This document shows, piece by piece, positions 34,513 to 45,453 of a stretch of 64,000 bases of DNA. The translations under genes were made by a program, and so were the position numbers. Numbering within the stretch: position 1 is the stretch's first letter; every line of letters begins with the position of its first letter. Under the pieces are notes generated by a model that saw nothing but the letters and a program-made list of their open reading frames with translations, made no database searches and was not told the origin of the DNA. Origin of the DNA: a virus; the IMG/VR virus record IMGVR_UViG_3300046529_000477, positions 5,225 through 69,224 of that record; one strand, written 5' to 3'.

Positions 34513-36888
34513 ATGGCTGAAAATACATGGGCTTATCCGCCAATGAACATTGATCCAAGACGCAAAAATTTTGCGTGGATACTCCAATACCTTAAAGCAT
34601 CGTGGAGTGATGCCTGTAATTTCATGCCCTCCGCCATGCTGTTCAATAGAAGCCAAAACAGATTTTGGGAAATAAAGCAATACGTATTAGGCAAGCAGAG
34701 TATATCAAAATATAAGAAGATACAACCTGGAGATGAAATACAAAACAATACCGAATTAAATAATGATAGTACCGTATTAGCTATGATACCTAAGTTTATT
34801 GAAATAGCTAAATCCAAAATACTTCAGAAAGAATATAATCTTGAAGCAGCAGCGGTTGACCCAATGGCTAAGAGCGAAGAAGATGAATATTTTAATCAGA
34901 TGAAGATTAAGATAATGATGAATAATATGCTTACTCAAATGCAATCTTCACTTGCACAATCTCCATTAGTAAAATTAAAAAGTAATGAGCCACAAGATAT
35001 GGAGCAATTACAAATGCAAATGGATTTTGGATATAAGCATATAATGGCAATGGAAGCAGAAGAAGGAATACAATTAACATTTGGGCAGAATAGATTTGAA
35101 CATCAAAGAACAGAATTAGTTGATAATCTTTATGACTTTGGAATTGGTGGTTTTAAAGTTTGGATTGATGAAAATGGGCAAGTAAAATTTAGGGCTGTTT
35201 GTGGTGAAAACTTTATATCTTCTTATTGTCTTAAATCTGATTTTACAGATGGCAATCATGCGGGTGAAATTATACAAGTAAAAGTTTCTGATTTAGCCCC
35301 TTACTTCAATGCAGGGCAAATGGAACAGATATGTAAAGTAGTAGCAGGTAAATATGGCAATCCAAGTTCATTTGATGTAAGACAAAATAGATGGTGGGAT
35401 AAGTTTACAGTAATGGTTTTAGACTTGCAGTTCTTTAGTTGGAATAGTACGGTTTATGAATCTAAGATTGATAAAAGCGGAAATGAAAGATTTGGTAAAA
35501 CAGATTTTGCAAATATGAGATTTGTAGGAAACTCAAATCCATATAGCAACATGGCTTATGAAAATGATGAAAGCGAACAAATAGCACAACCAACAAAGAA
35601 TGTTCTTGATGATACAATGGTAGGATTAGTTGATGATGATGTAAGAGGCGGTATGCCAAAACCTGTTTATATGTCAAGCACTGAAAAAGTAGTTTATAAA
35701 GGTAAATGGATTATAGGGACAGAATTAATGTACGATTGGGGTCTAAAAGAAGAACAAGCAAGTGAATTATCTTCATGGTGGAATAAGAAATTGGATTACA
35801 TAATGGGTGCGCCAATGTTTTATAAGATGCAGTTTACAGGCATTTCAGAAAGATTAATTGTACTTGCAGATGCTTATCAATTAACATGGCGCAAACTCCA
35901 AAATCTAAAAAATAAACTCATTCCTTATTTGATTGAACTTGATTTAACATCACTTGAAAATGTTGGATTAGGTCGGGGAAATGAGCAAATGACACCTGCA
36001 CAGATAATAGATTTCGCTTTCTCTAATTTTATTCTATTGAAACGAAGTACAGACCCTTATAAAAATAATCCCAATTATAAGTCAATGGATATTCAGCCAA
36101 CAGGAATGTTGGAAGCATTTGCACAATTATATGCAGATTTGGATAGGCTTTATTTAATGATACAGCAGGTATCGGGTTTGAATGAATTAACAGATGGCAG
36201 CACACCTAATCCCAAAATGCTTGTTCCCGTTGCAGATGCAGCTATGCAAGCCACTAACAACGCATTATATCTAATAAGTAATTGTGAAAAAGATTTGATA
36301 GAAAGATTGGGGCAATTAGTTGTTGAGAAAATACAGTTAGCCGTTCAACGTGGTAAAGTGGCAGGATATGCAAAGGCATTAGGTAGCAGTACAGTAAAAT
36401 TCTTTGAAATAAACCCTGAAATAAGCCTTTATGAATTAGGCATTTTCATTACAGATAATCTTTCTTCTGAAGAAAAACAAATGCTATTGCAGGAAATAAA
36501 CATAAAAGATAGTCAAGGTTTGCTAACTCCCGCAGATAAATTATTCTTGATAAAAAGCAAAAGCATTACACAAGCAATGGTTTATCTAAACTATATCACA
36601 AAGAAAAGGGGTGATGATGCACATCAAAAACAAATGCAGTTGGTTCAACAACAGACAATGGGCAATCAGCAAACAGCCGTTGCAGCAGAACAAATGAAAC
36701 AGCAAACGATTGTATTGCAAGGGAAAATACAAATGGAAATAGAATCAGCAAAAGGACAATGGCTCTACATAACAGAGCAAATGAAAAAAAGCAGCGACCA
36801 ACAAGAAGCAGGAATACAAGCTCATGCAAAAGTATTATCAGCAAGTATTACTGCAAGTGCAAAACAAGCGGCAGCATCTATTGGCTAA
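34513..36888 (+). CDS. Portal protein
   Basis: 791 aa after TerL; GKQSISKYK, IPKFIEI, AVDP, SGLNELTDGSTP, Q-rich C-terminus. Confidence 0.85.
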   Translation: MAENTWAYPPMNIDPRRKNFAWILQYLKASWSDACNFMPSAMLFNRSQNRFWEIKQYVLGKQSISKYKKIQPGDEIQNNTELNNDSTVLAMIPKFIEIAKSKILQKEYNLEAAAVDPMAKSEEDEYFNQMKIKIMMNNMLTQMQSSLAQSPLVKLKSNEPQDMEQLQMQMDFGYKHIMAMEAEEGIQLTFGQNRFEHQRTELVDNLYDFGIGGFKVWIDENGQVKFRAVCGENFISSYCLKSDFTDGNHAGEIIQVKVSDLAPYFNAGQMEQICKVVAGKYGNPSSFDVRQNRWWDKFTVMVLDLQFFSWNSTVYESKIDKSGNERFGKTDFANMRFVGNSNPYSNMAYENDESEQIAQPTKNVLDDTMVGLVDDDVRGGMPKPVYMSSTEKVVYKGKWIIGTELMYDWGLKEEQASELSSWWNKKLDYIMGAPMFYKMQFTGISERLIVLADAYQLTWRKLQNLKNKLIPYLIELDLTSLENVGLGRGNEQMTPAQIIDFAFSNFILLKRSTDPYKNNPNYKSMDIQPTGMLEAFAQLYADLDRLYLMIQQVSGLNELTDGSTPNPKMLVPVADAAMQATNNALYLISNCEKDLIERLGQLVVEKIQLAVQRGKVAGYAKALGSSTVKFFEINPEISLYELGIFITDNLSSEEKQMLLQEINIKDSQGLLTPADKLFLIKSKSITQAMVYLNYITKKRGDDAHQKQMQLVQQQTMGNQQTAVAAEQMKQQTIVLQGKIQMEIESAKGQWLYITEQMKKSSDQQEAGIQAHAKVLSASITASAKQAAASIG

Positions 36889-36914
36889 AAATATTTGTTT
36901 AATTAAAAAATAAC

Positions 36915-36938
36915 TATATTTACAGTACCAAAACTAAT
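36915..36938 (+). promoter_or_regulatory. Late promoter/leader motif copy
   Basis: TATATTTAC-AGT-ACCAAAACTAAT. Confidence 0.7.
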
Positions 36939-36941
36939 TTA

Positions 36942-38054
36942 ATGTCCGATAAAGCAGTAATTACAGGTAATTCGACATTGGGTGAAAGTCTTAAAGAAGT
37001 AGCAGTTGAAACTCCCGAAACTACTCCAACACCGCAGGAAAATCAAACATCTCAAACATCAGTTACACCAAGTGGTGATTTAGAAACAATCAATATCCCT
37101 TCGCCTGAGGCTGCCCCAATAGAAGAAAATTCAAGCGCCTTTGATATTCAGTTTGGTGAAGAAAATGCGCCACAAGAGAATATTCCACAACAATCTTTTA
37201 CAGATTGGAGAGCAGCATTAAAAAGTGTTGATAGAAATGAATTATTGAAAGAATTAGGAATTACTGAATTTGCGGCTCAAATAAATGAGCATCTTAAAAA
37301 AGGTGGTAAAGCATCAGATTACATAGCAGCCAAAGGCATTAATTGGAATGAAGTTCCTGATATGGACTTAGTTAGGGCTGAATTTGATGCAAAATATCCA
37401 ACACTATCCAAAGAACAAAAAGCATACAAGTTTAATAAAATGTATGTTGCTAATGAAGTAGATGATGAAGAAACGGCAATGGATAAATCCATTAACTTAC
37501 AAACAGCAGCATACGAATCAAGACAAAGAAGAATTGCCGAACAGCAAAACTTCAAAGAGCCAGAAGTTATTCAGCCTGAACAAAGTGCTGAATATACAAA
37601 TTGGCAACAACAACAAGCACAGTTAAATACCAATAGAGAAGCATTTAAAAATTTCCTCATTAATCATGATGCCACAAAGTCGCTACTGCAAAACAAGAGA
37701 GTTGCCATACCAGTAGATGATAAAGGTACAGTTTACAATTTTACGATTGATAGACCAGAGGCAGTTATAAATGCACTTTCAGATGGGGGCAAAATTTGGA
37801 GCGAGCTAATTAAAAATGCACAGGGCGAGCCGGACATTTCTAAGCAGCAACAAATCATTCTTTTTGCATCCAATCCGCAAAAATTTATTGGGCAAATATT
37901 TAATTATGGTAAAATGCAGGGTATCAAACAGAAAGTGTCGGAAAACAATAATCTGCCGCCAGTTTCAGGAACGATGCCTCGCAATGGTGCAGTTAACCAA
38001 ACAGAAAGAGACGCATGGAAAAGTGCGAGATCAAGTACGTTAGGAGGTAACTAA
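36942..38054 (+). CDS. Putative scaffolding protein
   Basis: Acidic disordered N-terminus; lies between portal and capsid genes. Confidence 0.65.
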   Translation: MSDKAVITGNSTLGESLKEVAVETPETTPTPQENQTSQTSVTPSGDLETINIPSPEAAPIEENSSAFDIQFGEENAPQENIPQQSFTDWRAALKSVDRNELLKELGITEFAAQINEHLKKGGKASDYIAAKGINWNEVPDMDLVRAEFDAKYPTLSKEQKAYKFNKMYVANEVDDEETAMDKSINLQTAAYESRQRRIAEQQNFKEPEVIQPEQSAEYTNWQQQQAQLNTNREAFKNFLINHDATKSLLQNKRVAIPVDDKGTVYNFTIDRPEAVINALSDGGKIWSELIKNAQGEPDISKQQQIILFASNPQKFIGQIFNYGKMQGIKQKVSENNNLPPVSGTMPRNGAVNQTERDAWKSARSSTLGGN

Positions 38055-38097
38055 CCCAAATAGTTATTTATTTTTTTTATTCCAAAACTAATTAAAA

Positions 38098-39444
38098 ATG
38101 GCACAGTTAACGTACATCAAAAAATCGTACGTATCTGCACTCTCTAATTTCATAGATACTCGTGAAATAAATAAACAAGTAGCAGATATAGCAAATGAAG
38201 ATGCTCTCACAGACATCTTGGATTTCGGGGATAGGAAAATGCCGATTACAACCGGACAGCCTGTTTACCATACATTCACAAACGAAACTCTTTTTAAAAT
38301 TGGTGATACCACAGGTGCATCAGTTTCAGGAAGCGGCACAACTTCAGTAACAACAGCTTTTACGGCAGCAACAAGCGGTTATACACAAGCAGGTGATTTA
38401 GTTATATTCCCTACAGGTGGTATAGTTGGTTATGTTTACAGCGTTGTAACTTCTTCCGGCATTGATACAGTAGTTATCAAATCTGTAAGCGGCGCAAACA
38501 TTACAAGCACAGCAGGAGATAAACTTTCTTTGTTTTCTAATGCTTACGGTGAAAGAGCCGATGCACCACAAAATGTAGCTTATGGTGTTACTGATTTCTT
38601 CAACAAATATCAAATCTTCTCTATTACATCTCAAATTACAGATGTTCAGAACGCAGCAACGATTGAAGTAGAATTTGAAGGACAAAACAAATACATTGTA
38701 AAAGACCATATTGATAAAGCAATCAAAATAAAAGGTTCAATCAATGGTGCTTTTTGGGGTGGTGATATGTCAACTACGACATTCAGCGATACCAATCCAA
38801 CACTTACTGACCAAAACATAGTTTCAGGCGGTGGTGGTGGTGGTGCAGTACAAACCACTCGTGGAGTGAACAAATACATTGAACTATATGGAACTACTCT
38901 TAATCCGGGAAATGTTTCCTTTGGTGCAATAGATGATGCACTTGATAACTTGATTGCTAAACGTGCACCTAAAGACCAATTGGTAGTAGGTTCATCTAAA
39001 GCAAATAGAGTTTATGATGTGTTTCTTAAAAATTTAGGTTCAAGTGGCGTTAATTCAGTAAGGCTTATCGTTGATGGCAATGAAGTTGATTTCACAGTAG
39101 ATAAATTTACTTATGGTGGTTTCAATATCAACAAAGCATTGATGCCTATTTTAGACCATCCAACAATGTTTGCTTTTGTACCTGCAATCAAAAACTCTAT
39201 GTATTGGCTTCCTTATGATAAGAGAGTTAAAATATATGGTGGTGGTTACGACCCTGCATTAAGAGTTAGATATGTACCTAATCAAAATAAATGGGGTAAT
39301 GAATTGATAGGTGAAGCTCATGGCGGCGCATTAAGTCCCGTTAATCCTACTGGATTCGTTCAGGAATGGAAAATGGTTATGACTTCCATGCAAGGGCTTG
39401 AATTTATCGCACCACAGTTTGCACTTAGGCAACAGGTGTTTTAA
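38098..39444 (+). CDS. Major capsid protein
   Basis: 448 aa after scaffold; N.YQIF, TTRGV..YI; followed by a terminator. Confidence 0.8.
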   Translation: MAQLTYIKKSYVSALSNFIDTREINKQVADIANEDALTDILDFGDRKMPITTGQPVYHTFTNETLFKIGDTTGASVSGSGTTSVTTAFTAATSGYTQAGDLVIFPTGGIVGYVYSVVTSSGIDTVVIKSVSGANITSTAGDKLSLFSNAYGERADAPQNVAYGVTDFFNKYQIFSITSQITDVQNAATIEVEFEGQNKYIVKDHIDKAIKIKGSINGAFWGGDMSTTTFSDTNPTLTDQNIVSGGGGGGAVQTTRGVNKYIELYGTTLNPGNVSFGAIDDALDNLIAKRAPKDQLVVGSSKANRVYDVFLKNLGSSGVNSVRLIVDGNEVDFTVDKFTYGGFNINKALMPILDHPTMFAFVPAIKNSMYWLPYDKRVKIYGGGYDPALRVRYVPNQNKWGNELIGEAHGGALSPVNPTGFVQEWKMVMTSMQGLEFIAPQFALRQQVF

Positions 39445-39452
39445 ATAGCTTT

Positions 39453-39483
39453 TAAGGGGTGGCATGAAGTCGCCCCTTATTTC
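39453..39483 (+). terminator. Intrinsic terminator after the capsid gene
   Basis: TAAGGGGTGGC-ATGAA-GTCGCCCCTTA-TTT. Confidence 0.7.
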
Positions 39484-39503
39484 AATAATAAAACAAATTT
39501 TTT

Positions 39504-40208
39504 ATGAAGGTTCTCAAAAATTTCAACAACATTTCAGAACAACTAAGAGAAGAATGTATTGGTGAATTTAAACAAGGAATGGTTAAAACATTCAGAATGC
39601 TCAATGGAGTAGTTAATAACAATCCTGATATTACGCAGAGATTAATAACTCCTATTTTCTATCGTGACTCACAGATAAGGACTTATGATAGAATACGTGA
39701 CCCATTTCTAAATGATGGCAAAGGTGGTTATGTTGATATTGGTGTAGTTGAAAATTTTGATATTCATACCGAACAACCGACAAAATTCAAACTTGTAGTA
39801 AAAGGGCAAGGCATAGGCTATTTTCTTTTAGATGGCGGCAGCATAGATGATGCAGAATTGTATGAATTTTTGTGTATATGCAATGAAAATGGCAAATTTA
39901 AATATCGTGATAGTCGAGTTACTCCATTGTTTGAAGAAGTTACAGAAGTTGATGGTAATGAAAAAGAACAATCAGATTTTGATTTATTGTTGGAAGCAGG
40001 TTCAGCACTAAGGAAATGTAATCCCGACCAAAGAAAGCAATTATCTATATTACTTCATATTGACCCTTCTTTAGATAACAGAACGCTTAATAATAAACTA
40101 AATGAACTTGTTAAAGCAAGACCACAGGATATATTAAACGGTTTAAAAGAAGTTAAATTAAAATCCAAAAGAAGTTATAATAGAAAAGAAGCAGATTTGG
40201 TTGAATGA
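39504..40208 (+). CDS. Conserved post-capsid protein
   Basis: Synteny; LYEFL.IC..N motif. Confidence 0.55.
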   Translation: MKVLKNFNNISEQLREECIGEFKQGMVKTFRMLNGVVNNNPDITQRLITPIFYRDSQIRTYDRIRDPFLNDGKGGYVDIGVVENFDIHTEQPTKFKLVVKGQGIGYFLLDGGSIDDAELYEFLCICNENGKFKYRDSRVTPLFEEVTEVDGNEKEQSDFDLLLEAGSALRKCNPDQRKQLSILLHIDPSLDNRTLNNKLNELVKARPQDILNGLKEVKLKSKRSYNRKEADLVE

Positions 40209-40261
40209 CATTTTATAGCTGAACAGTGGGTATAATTTTTAATTAAAGTAAATGCAATCAA

Positions 40262-40780
40262 ATGCCCCTGTCTCCTAATTTTACATCGGTAGAACTTTCA
40301 AATCTTTCATCTGTCTTAGTTACTGATACATCAACAGGAAGTGATGGTGGTATAGTTGCACGTAGGATTTTTTTCCAAGAATATAACGGCAGCTATTTAG
40401 TACCAAGTGGAACATTAACCGATTATGTACCTTTCCCTTTAGGTGGTTCAACTATTACAATAGACAATCTATTACTTAAGGCATGGGCTTTAAATGTAAG
40501 AGTTGATTGGGTAGATGCCAATGGTAATGCTTTGTATTCTCTTACTATTTTAAATGGCTATCCATCTTATATAAAATATGGATTGTATCAATTATCTCAA
40601 TATCAAATACCCAACAATAATCTTCTCAAAGTACGCAATTATAGACAAGCCAAATTAGATGTTTGGGATGCTGTCATTAGTGGTGATAATGCCATATCAC
40701 AAGGAAGTGATATAACCAATGCACAACGATGTTATGATGCAGCAACAGCCATTTTATCAAATCCTTCAAATTTCTATTAA
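40262..40780 (+). CDS. Putative tail hub/fibre-attachment protein
   Basis: TDTSTGSD....RRI; opens the fibre region. Confidence 0.5.
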   Translation: MPLSPNFTSVELSNLSSVLVTDTSTGSDGGIVARRIFFQEYNGSYLVPSGTLTDYVPFPLGGSTITIDNLLLKAWALNVRVDWVDANGNALYSLTILNGYPSYIKYGLYQLSQYQIPNNNLLKVRNYRQAKLDVWDAVISGDNAISQGSDITNAQRCYDAATAILSNPSNFY

Positions 40781-41601
40781 TGGCATATCCCCTAACAGTA
40801 GCACAGCAAATACAGATAGGGCAAGTATCAACGTATTTGTCATTAACAGATATTACTAAAAAGAAGTTCTTAGATGGCATACCATATTTTGAACAACAGT
40901 TATCATTGCTGATAGCAATGGAAACTGATATACTTAATTGGCAATACGAATTAAATCCAAGTGATATAACATTATTTCAAGCAGGAGATTACTTATATGC
41001 TTTATGTGGAAGATATGCTATTGATGCACAAAATGCTATTAATGAAGGAGGGGTTATAATTACTCCGGTAACAGGTGTTGCTACATTCCTAATTCAATTA
41101 AAATCATATCCTCAATTTATTGTCGGTGCATTAGACTCACCAATGGTAGATGGTCAGGATACACTTATCATAACAGATGCTTTAGCAGTTGACCAAAGTT
41201 TACAAGGTGAAGTAGAAATTCATGTTGAAGGTGCAGAACAAGGCGAAGATTTATCAGATAGGTTAAGTTTCATTGCTACATACGCAACAGGGCAATATAC
41301 AATCATTTGGAATCAAGGGTTATCAAATGGGATGTTGGTTCAGATAAAATATCCCGTAAAAGTTACTTTGGTTTCTCAACAAACAAGTACTACAGGCAAA
41401 GGATTACAAGCAGTTTATGTTGTTGCTACCGTAACAGGAAACACATTAACTGTAATTGAATTAGGTACATTCATGTTTGCTCAAATACGTGGTGCAACCT
41501 ATGATACTTCTGTAATAACACAGACAGGGCAAGATTTGGATTTGACAAATGTAGGTGGTGTAACAGTAGGTGAATCTATTTTAATATTTTACTATCCATG
41601 A
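40780..41601 (+). CDS. Putative tail structural protein
   Basis: Helical N-terminus (YLYALCGRY) plus beta-rich C-terminus. Confidence 0.5.
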   Translation: MAYPLTVAQQIQIGQVSTYLSLTDITKKKFLDGIPYFEQQLSLLIAMETDILNWQYELNPSDITLFQAGDYLYALCGRYAIDAQNAINEGGVIITPVTGVATFLIQLKSYPQFIVGALDSPMVDGQDTLIITDALAVDQSLQGEVEIHVEGAEQGEDLSDRLSFIATYATGQYTIIWNQGLSNGMLVQIKYPVKVTLVSQQTSTTGKGLQAVYVVATVTGNTLTVIELGTFMFAQIRGATYDTSVITQTGQDLDLTNVGGVTVGESILIFYYP

Positions 41602-42626
41602 GGAAAATATTTTTATTCATATTATTAATTGTTTCCGTTTTTGTTCATGCACAAACTAAAACTTTATTGCCCCCTGTTGGTGGGACAAATACGATATATA
41701 GAATAGCAGGAGGCGCAATAGCAGATACAGTTCAATATCTACCTTCGACAGTTGGAATACCAACTCTTAATATGCTCAATTATATGGCTGCAAAAAGAGC
41801 AGCAGCAACACAAGTAGATACAGCAAATGATATTCCTTATTGGTATTCACCTAAATTAAACGCATGGTACACGATAACAGGCGGCGGCGGCACTGATACT
41901 GCAACTTTAGATGGCGGTGCATTTACAACAAGCAATGTGCAAGTAGGGTTTAATCCTGGTGCGCATATCACACCTAAACAATTATTGCTTGCAGTATTTT
42001 ACGGATTGCAGCCGCCAACAGCTACTCTTACGGGTGGAACTACCTTAGAATTAACAGCATCGCCAACAGTTACACAAACTTTAAATTGGGGTGCAGGAAG
42101 GCAATCAAACACCCCCATATTAAATTCAATCGTTGTTGCAGGAATATCACAAAGTTTTTCTCAACCGCCTTTAAATGGAACAGTAACAGGAACACAATCA
42201 GTAAATGTTCCCGCTAATACAACAACAACTTATAGCAATTTAGTAACAGCAAGTTTACAGACAGCAATAGCAAATACTACATTCACTTTCTTAGGCAAAA
42301 AATATTATGGACTTCTAACGGATACGACAGGTATAACAACAGGTTCACTAAATGCAAATATTATTGCTTTGGCAGGTTCAGCATTTGCCACGACAAAAAC
42401 ACTTGCAACAAATACAGGTGCAATAACAGGAACAGAATTTTGGTGTTATGCTTATCCTTCAAGTTTAGGAGATTTAACAGCATTGTCATTTAATAGTATT
42501 CCTGCATTAGAAGCAATGAATAAAATAACATTAAGTATAACAAACGCATCAGGATTTACGCAGAATTACTTGGTTTATTACAATAAGCAGGCGCAAACAA
42601 TATCATCAGATATAACAGCGCAATAA
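41598..42626 (+). CDS. Fibre-region protein with Sec signal peptide
   Basis: [18 protein letters not shown]|Q; Ig-like PTATL...KKYYG...YAYPSSLG. Confidence 0.7.
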   Translation: MRKIFLFILLIVSVFVHAQTKTLLPPVGGTNTIYRIAGGAIADTVQYLPSTVGIPTLNMLNYMAAKRAAATQVDTANDIPYWYSPKLNAWYTITGGGGTDTATLDGGAFTTSNVQVGFNPGAHITPKQLLLAVFYGLQPPTATLTGGTTLELTASPTVTQTLNWGAGRQSNTPILNSIVVAGISQSFSQPPLNGTVTGTQSVNVPANTTTTYSNLVTASLQTAIANTTFTFLGKKYYGLLTDTTGITTGSLNANIIALAGSAFATTKTLATNTGAITGTEFWCYAYPSSLGDLTALSFNSIPALEAMNKITLSITNASGFTQNYLVYYNKQAQTISSDITAQ

Positions 42627-42637
42627 AAAAATATATT

Positions 42638-43159
42638 ATGATAGAAAGATGGAAAGATATTATACACTTTGAGGGGGCATATCAAATTTCAAATTTAGGT
42701 GAAGTTAAATCTATCGAAAGGATACATCATTCTAAAAATAATTCTTTTAGAAAATGCAAGGGAGGTATTTTAAAACAAGGCAACTGCAATGGGTATAAAC
42801 AAGTTAATTTATCTTTTAATGGGATAAAAAAAATGATTACTGTTCATAGGTTAGTTGCTGAAGCATTTATACCTAATCCTGAAAATAAAAAGACAGTGAA
42901 CCATAAAAATGGTGATAAAAGCGATAATAGAATTGAAAATCTTGAATGGAATACACGTCAAGAAAATACGATGCACGCTTATATAAATAAATTAATTAAA
43001 GTTGTGCCTACTTATAGCAAAATAGTATTAAATACAAGAACAGGAATATTTTATGATAGCGCCAATGAAGCAGCAAGAAGTGAAGGATTAAATGGAAATA
43101 CATTATCTCATAGATTATGTGGTAAAAGAAAAAATAATACACCCTTTCAATATGTGTAA
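42638..43159 (+). mobile_element. NUMOD4-HNH homing endonuclease
   Basis: [52 protein letters not shown]. Confidence 0.9.
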
Positions 43160-45443
43160 ATATTTATTAATGGTATCAATTATATTTTCAATAACAGCAA
43201 AAGCACAAGTTCAACCGAACAAAAACGGTTATGTTCATCCATTAATAATTCCTACTCATTTCACTGCACTAACTTCTGTTAGTCTCAATCGGTATAAAGG
43301 ACAAGATACTTTTTTAATTACAGCAAATACAGCAGGATGGTCATTACAACAGGATAGCGGAATAGACTGGAATCATCCTCTTGTTTTTATAAATATTTCA
43401 ACAAAAAAGATAAGAGTAGATAATGGTATTGATGCACAAAATTGCAGGTATATTAAAATAATTGGATTTGGTTCTGATTCTGCTTATGGTTTTGAATTTG
43501 TTGGTGATACTGTTCATACGCCACTAAATTTTCAGGGTATGCAAAATGGTATTCTGATTGAAGGATGCCATATAACACATGGTGGTGCAGGAGGATTATG
43601 GGTAAAAGAAGAAGCACCACAGGCTTGCCAATATTTCGGTTTTTGGAGTACGAAAGGAACGGCAGATAGCTTAAAGTATGGTGTGATAAATAATTATCTC
43701 GCACCTAATTTTCAGGATAGTGTATTTGTGCGTCATAATTGGATTGATTCATGTGGTGGTGATGGTTATTTCGGAAGCACAGGAACAATTCATGGTAGAG
43801 AACCAGTTAACTGCTTGCCTGGTAGTCCTGCAAGACCAACAATGCAAACACGAAATTTTCATATAGACAGCAACTACATAAATTATTTTGGCAGAAGCGG
43901 CATACAATTAAATTTAGCAGTAGCAGGTAATCAAACAATAAACGATAATATAATTACGAATTGCGGTTATGAATTTGCTCAAACAAATAGTCCCGATAGC
44001 AAAAATCAAGGTGCAGGAATAAGGACAGGTTCAGGAGATATAAATGTAGAAATAGCACGAAATACAGTTGATTACACAAATCTTTATAATTATGATATTG
44101 AAGAAGCGGGATGTAATTTCCATGATAATTTTGGAGACCATGTTTCCCTTGTTAATTATAAAGGATTAGTTGTTAACGGTGGACAAGCATTAGCATCAGT
44201 AATAGCAGCATCAGCAGACCCACAAACAAGCCCTTTACTTATAAGAAGCAATCAAATGTTTCATACAACAGCAGGGGGAAATGTGGCTTATGCAATTTAT
44301 GGTGGTAGCAATTTTACTTTATCAACGAATGATACTTGTTTTAATGTTGGTAAAGTATCAGTATTAGCAACACCATTTGTTGCCCTTCCAACTTGTTCAA
44401 GCGCAGGATGTGATACTACATTCAGCGATAGCACTTTTACTGTTCAACATGATAGTCCAGAGGTAGCGCATTTCCCACCAACAGTAATAACAAAAGATAC
44501 GGTACTTATTAGCCCAACAGGGATTGATACTAATTTTAATAGAAATCATAATTATATAACAAGAGTAACTTTTGGCAAACCAAGAGACAGTACATATTTA
44601 GATACAATCAGAGCAGCTTACGACAGTGCTTATATATGTTCTTTATGTGCTTCACATGACACAACAATATCAGTTACCCGTATTTTATGTTCAGGTATGA
44701 AACCATCTCATGTTATTGTAGTAATGATGGAGAATCATGGCTATAATCAAATAATTGGCAGCGCAAGCGCACCTTATATAAATAGTCTTGCAAATAGTGG
44801 AATGTTGTTTTCAAATATGCATGGTGTAGCGCATCCATCACAACCGAATTATATTGCCTTATTTTCAGGAGATACGCAAGGAATTACAGATGATTCATGC
44901 AGACCAAGAATTAATGCAGCGAATCTATATACGGAACTTAACTCTATAGGTAAAACATTTGCATGGTATAGTGAAGATTTGCCCGCACAAGGTGATACTG
45001 TTTGCGCAGCAGCCCCTTATGTAAGGAGACATAATGCATCTGCAATTTTCTCAAATGTTCCTAATAGCCGTAATAAAAGATTTGTTGATTTTCCAACAAA
45101 CTTTGATAGTCTCCAAAATCTTGTTTTCATATCTCCAAACTTAAATAATGATATGCATAATGGGACAATAGCACAAGGAGATACTTGGCTGCAAACAAAT
45201 TTAAGTTCACTTGTTACATGGTGCAATACGCATAATTCAATATTTATAATAGATTTTGATGAAGATAATGGAACGCCAGGAAATCAAATTCCGATGGTAG
45301 CATCAGGTCAATATGTGTTAAAATCAAATAATGGAAATAATTATAATCATTATAGTTTAACAAAAACATTATGTGGATTATTTAATGCACCGATAGCATG
45401 GACAACAAATTTAGCAGCAGCATCTTTAATAGTATTTTTTTAA
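43152..45443 (+). CDS. Signal-peptide protein: parallel beta-helix plus phosphoesterase (acid phosphatase/PLC-type) domain
   Basis: [18 protein letters not shown]|Q; C-terminal [10 protein letters not shown]..., [23 protein letters not shown]. Confidence 0.8.
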   Translation: MCKYLLMVSIIFSITAKAQVQPNKNGYVHPLIIPTHFTALTSVSLNRYKGQDTFLITANTAGWSLQQDSGIDWNHPLVFINISTKKIRVDNGIDAQNCRYIKIIGFGSDSAYGFEFVGDTVHTPLNFQGMQNGILIEGCHITHGGAGGLWVKEEAPQACQYFGFWSTKGTADSLKYGVINNYLAPNFQDSVFVRHNWIDSCGGDGYFGSTGTIHGREPVNCLPGSPARPTMQTRNFHIDSNYINYFGRSGIQLNLAVAGNQTINDNIITNCGYEFAQTNSPDSKNQGAGIRTGSGDINVEIARNTVDYTNLYNYDIEEAGCNFHDNFGDHVSLVNYKGLVVNGGQALASVIAASADPQTSPLLIRSNQMFHTTAGGNVAYAIYGGSNFTLSTNDTCFNVGKVSVLATPFVALPTCSSAGCDTTFSDSTFTVQHDSPEVAHFPPTVITKDTVLISPTGIDTNFNRNHNYITRVTFGKPRDSTYLDTIRAAYDSAYICSLCASHDTTISVTRILCSGMKPSHVIVVMMENHGYNQIIGSASAPYINSLANSGMLFSNMHGVAHPSQPNYIALFSGDTQGITDDSCRPRINAANLYTELNSIGKTFAWYSEDLPAQGDTVCAAAPYVRRHNASAIFSNVPNSRNKRFVDFPTNFDSLQNLVFISPNLNNDMHNGTIAQGDTWLQTNLSSLVTWCNTHNSIFIIDFDEDNGTPGNQIPMVASGQYVLKSNNGNNYNHYSLTKTLCGLFNAPIAWTTNLAAASLIVFF

Positions 45444-45453
45444 AATAAAATAT

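Noticed and set aside
37816-38043. +1-frame ORF inside the scaffold gene
   Set aside because: Cys/Arg-scattered sequence typical of a shadow frame, overlying an apparently folded region; no family resemblance
43092-43151. Upstream start for the beta-helix/phosphoesterase gene
   Set aside because: Lies inside the HNH gene; ATG at 43152 gives a clean signal peptide
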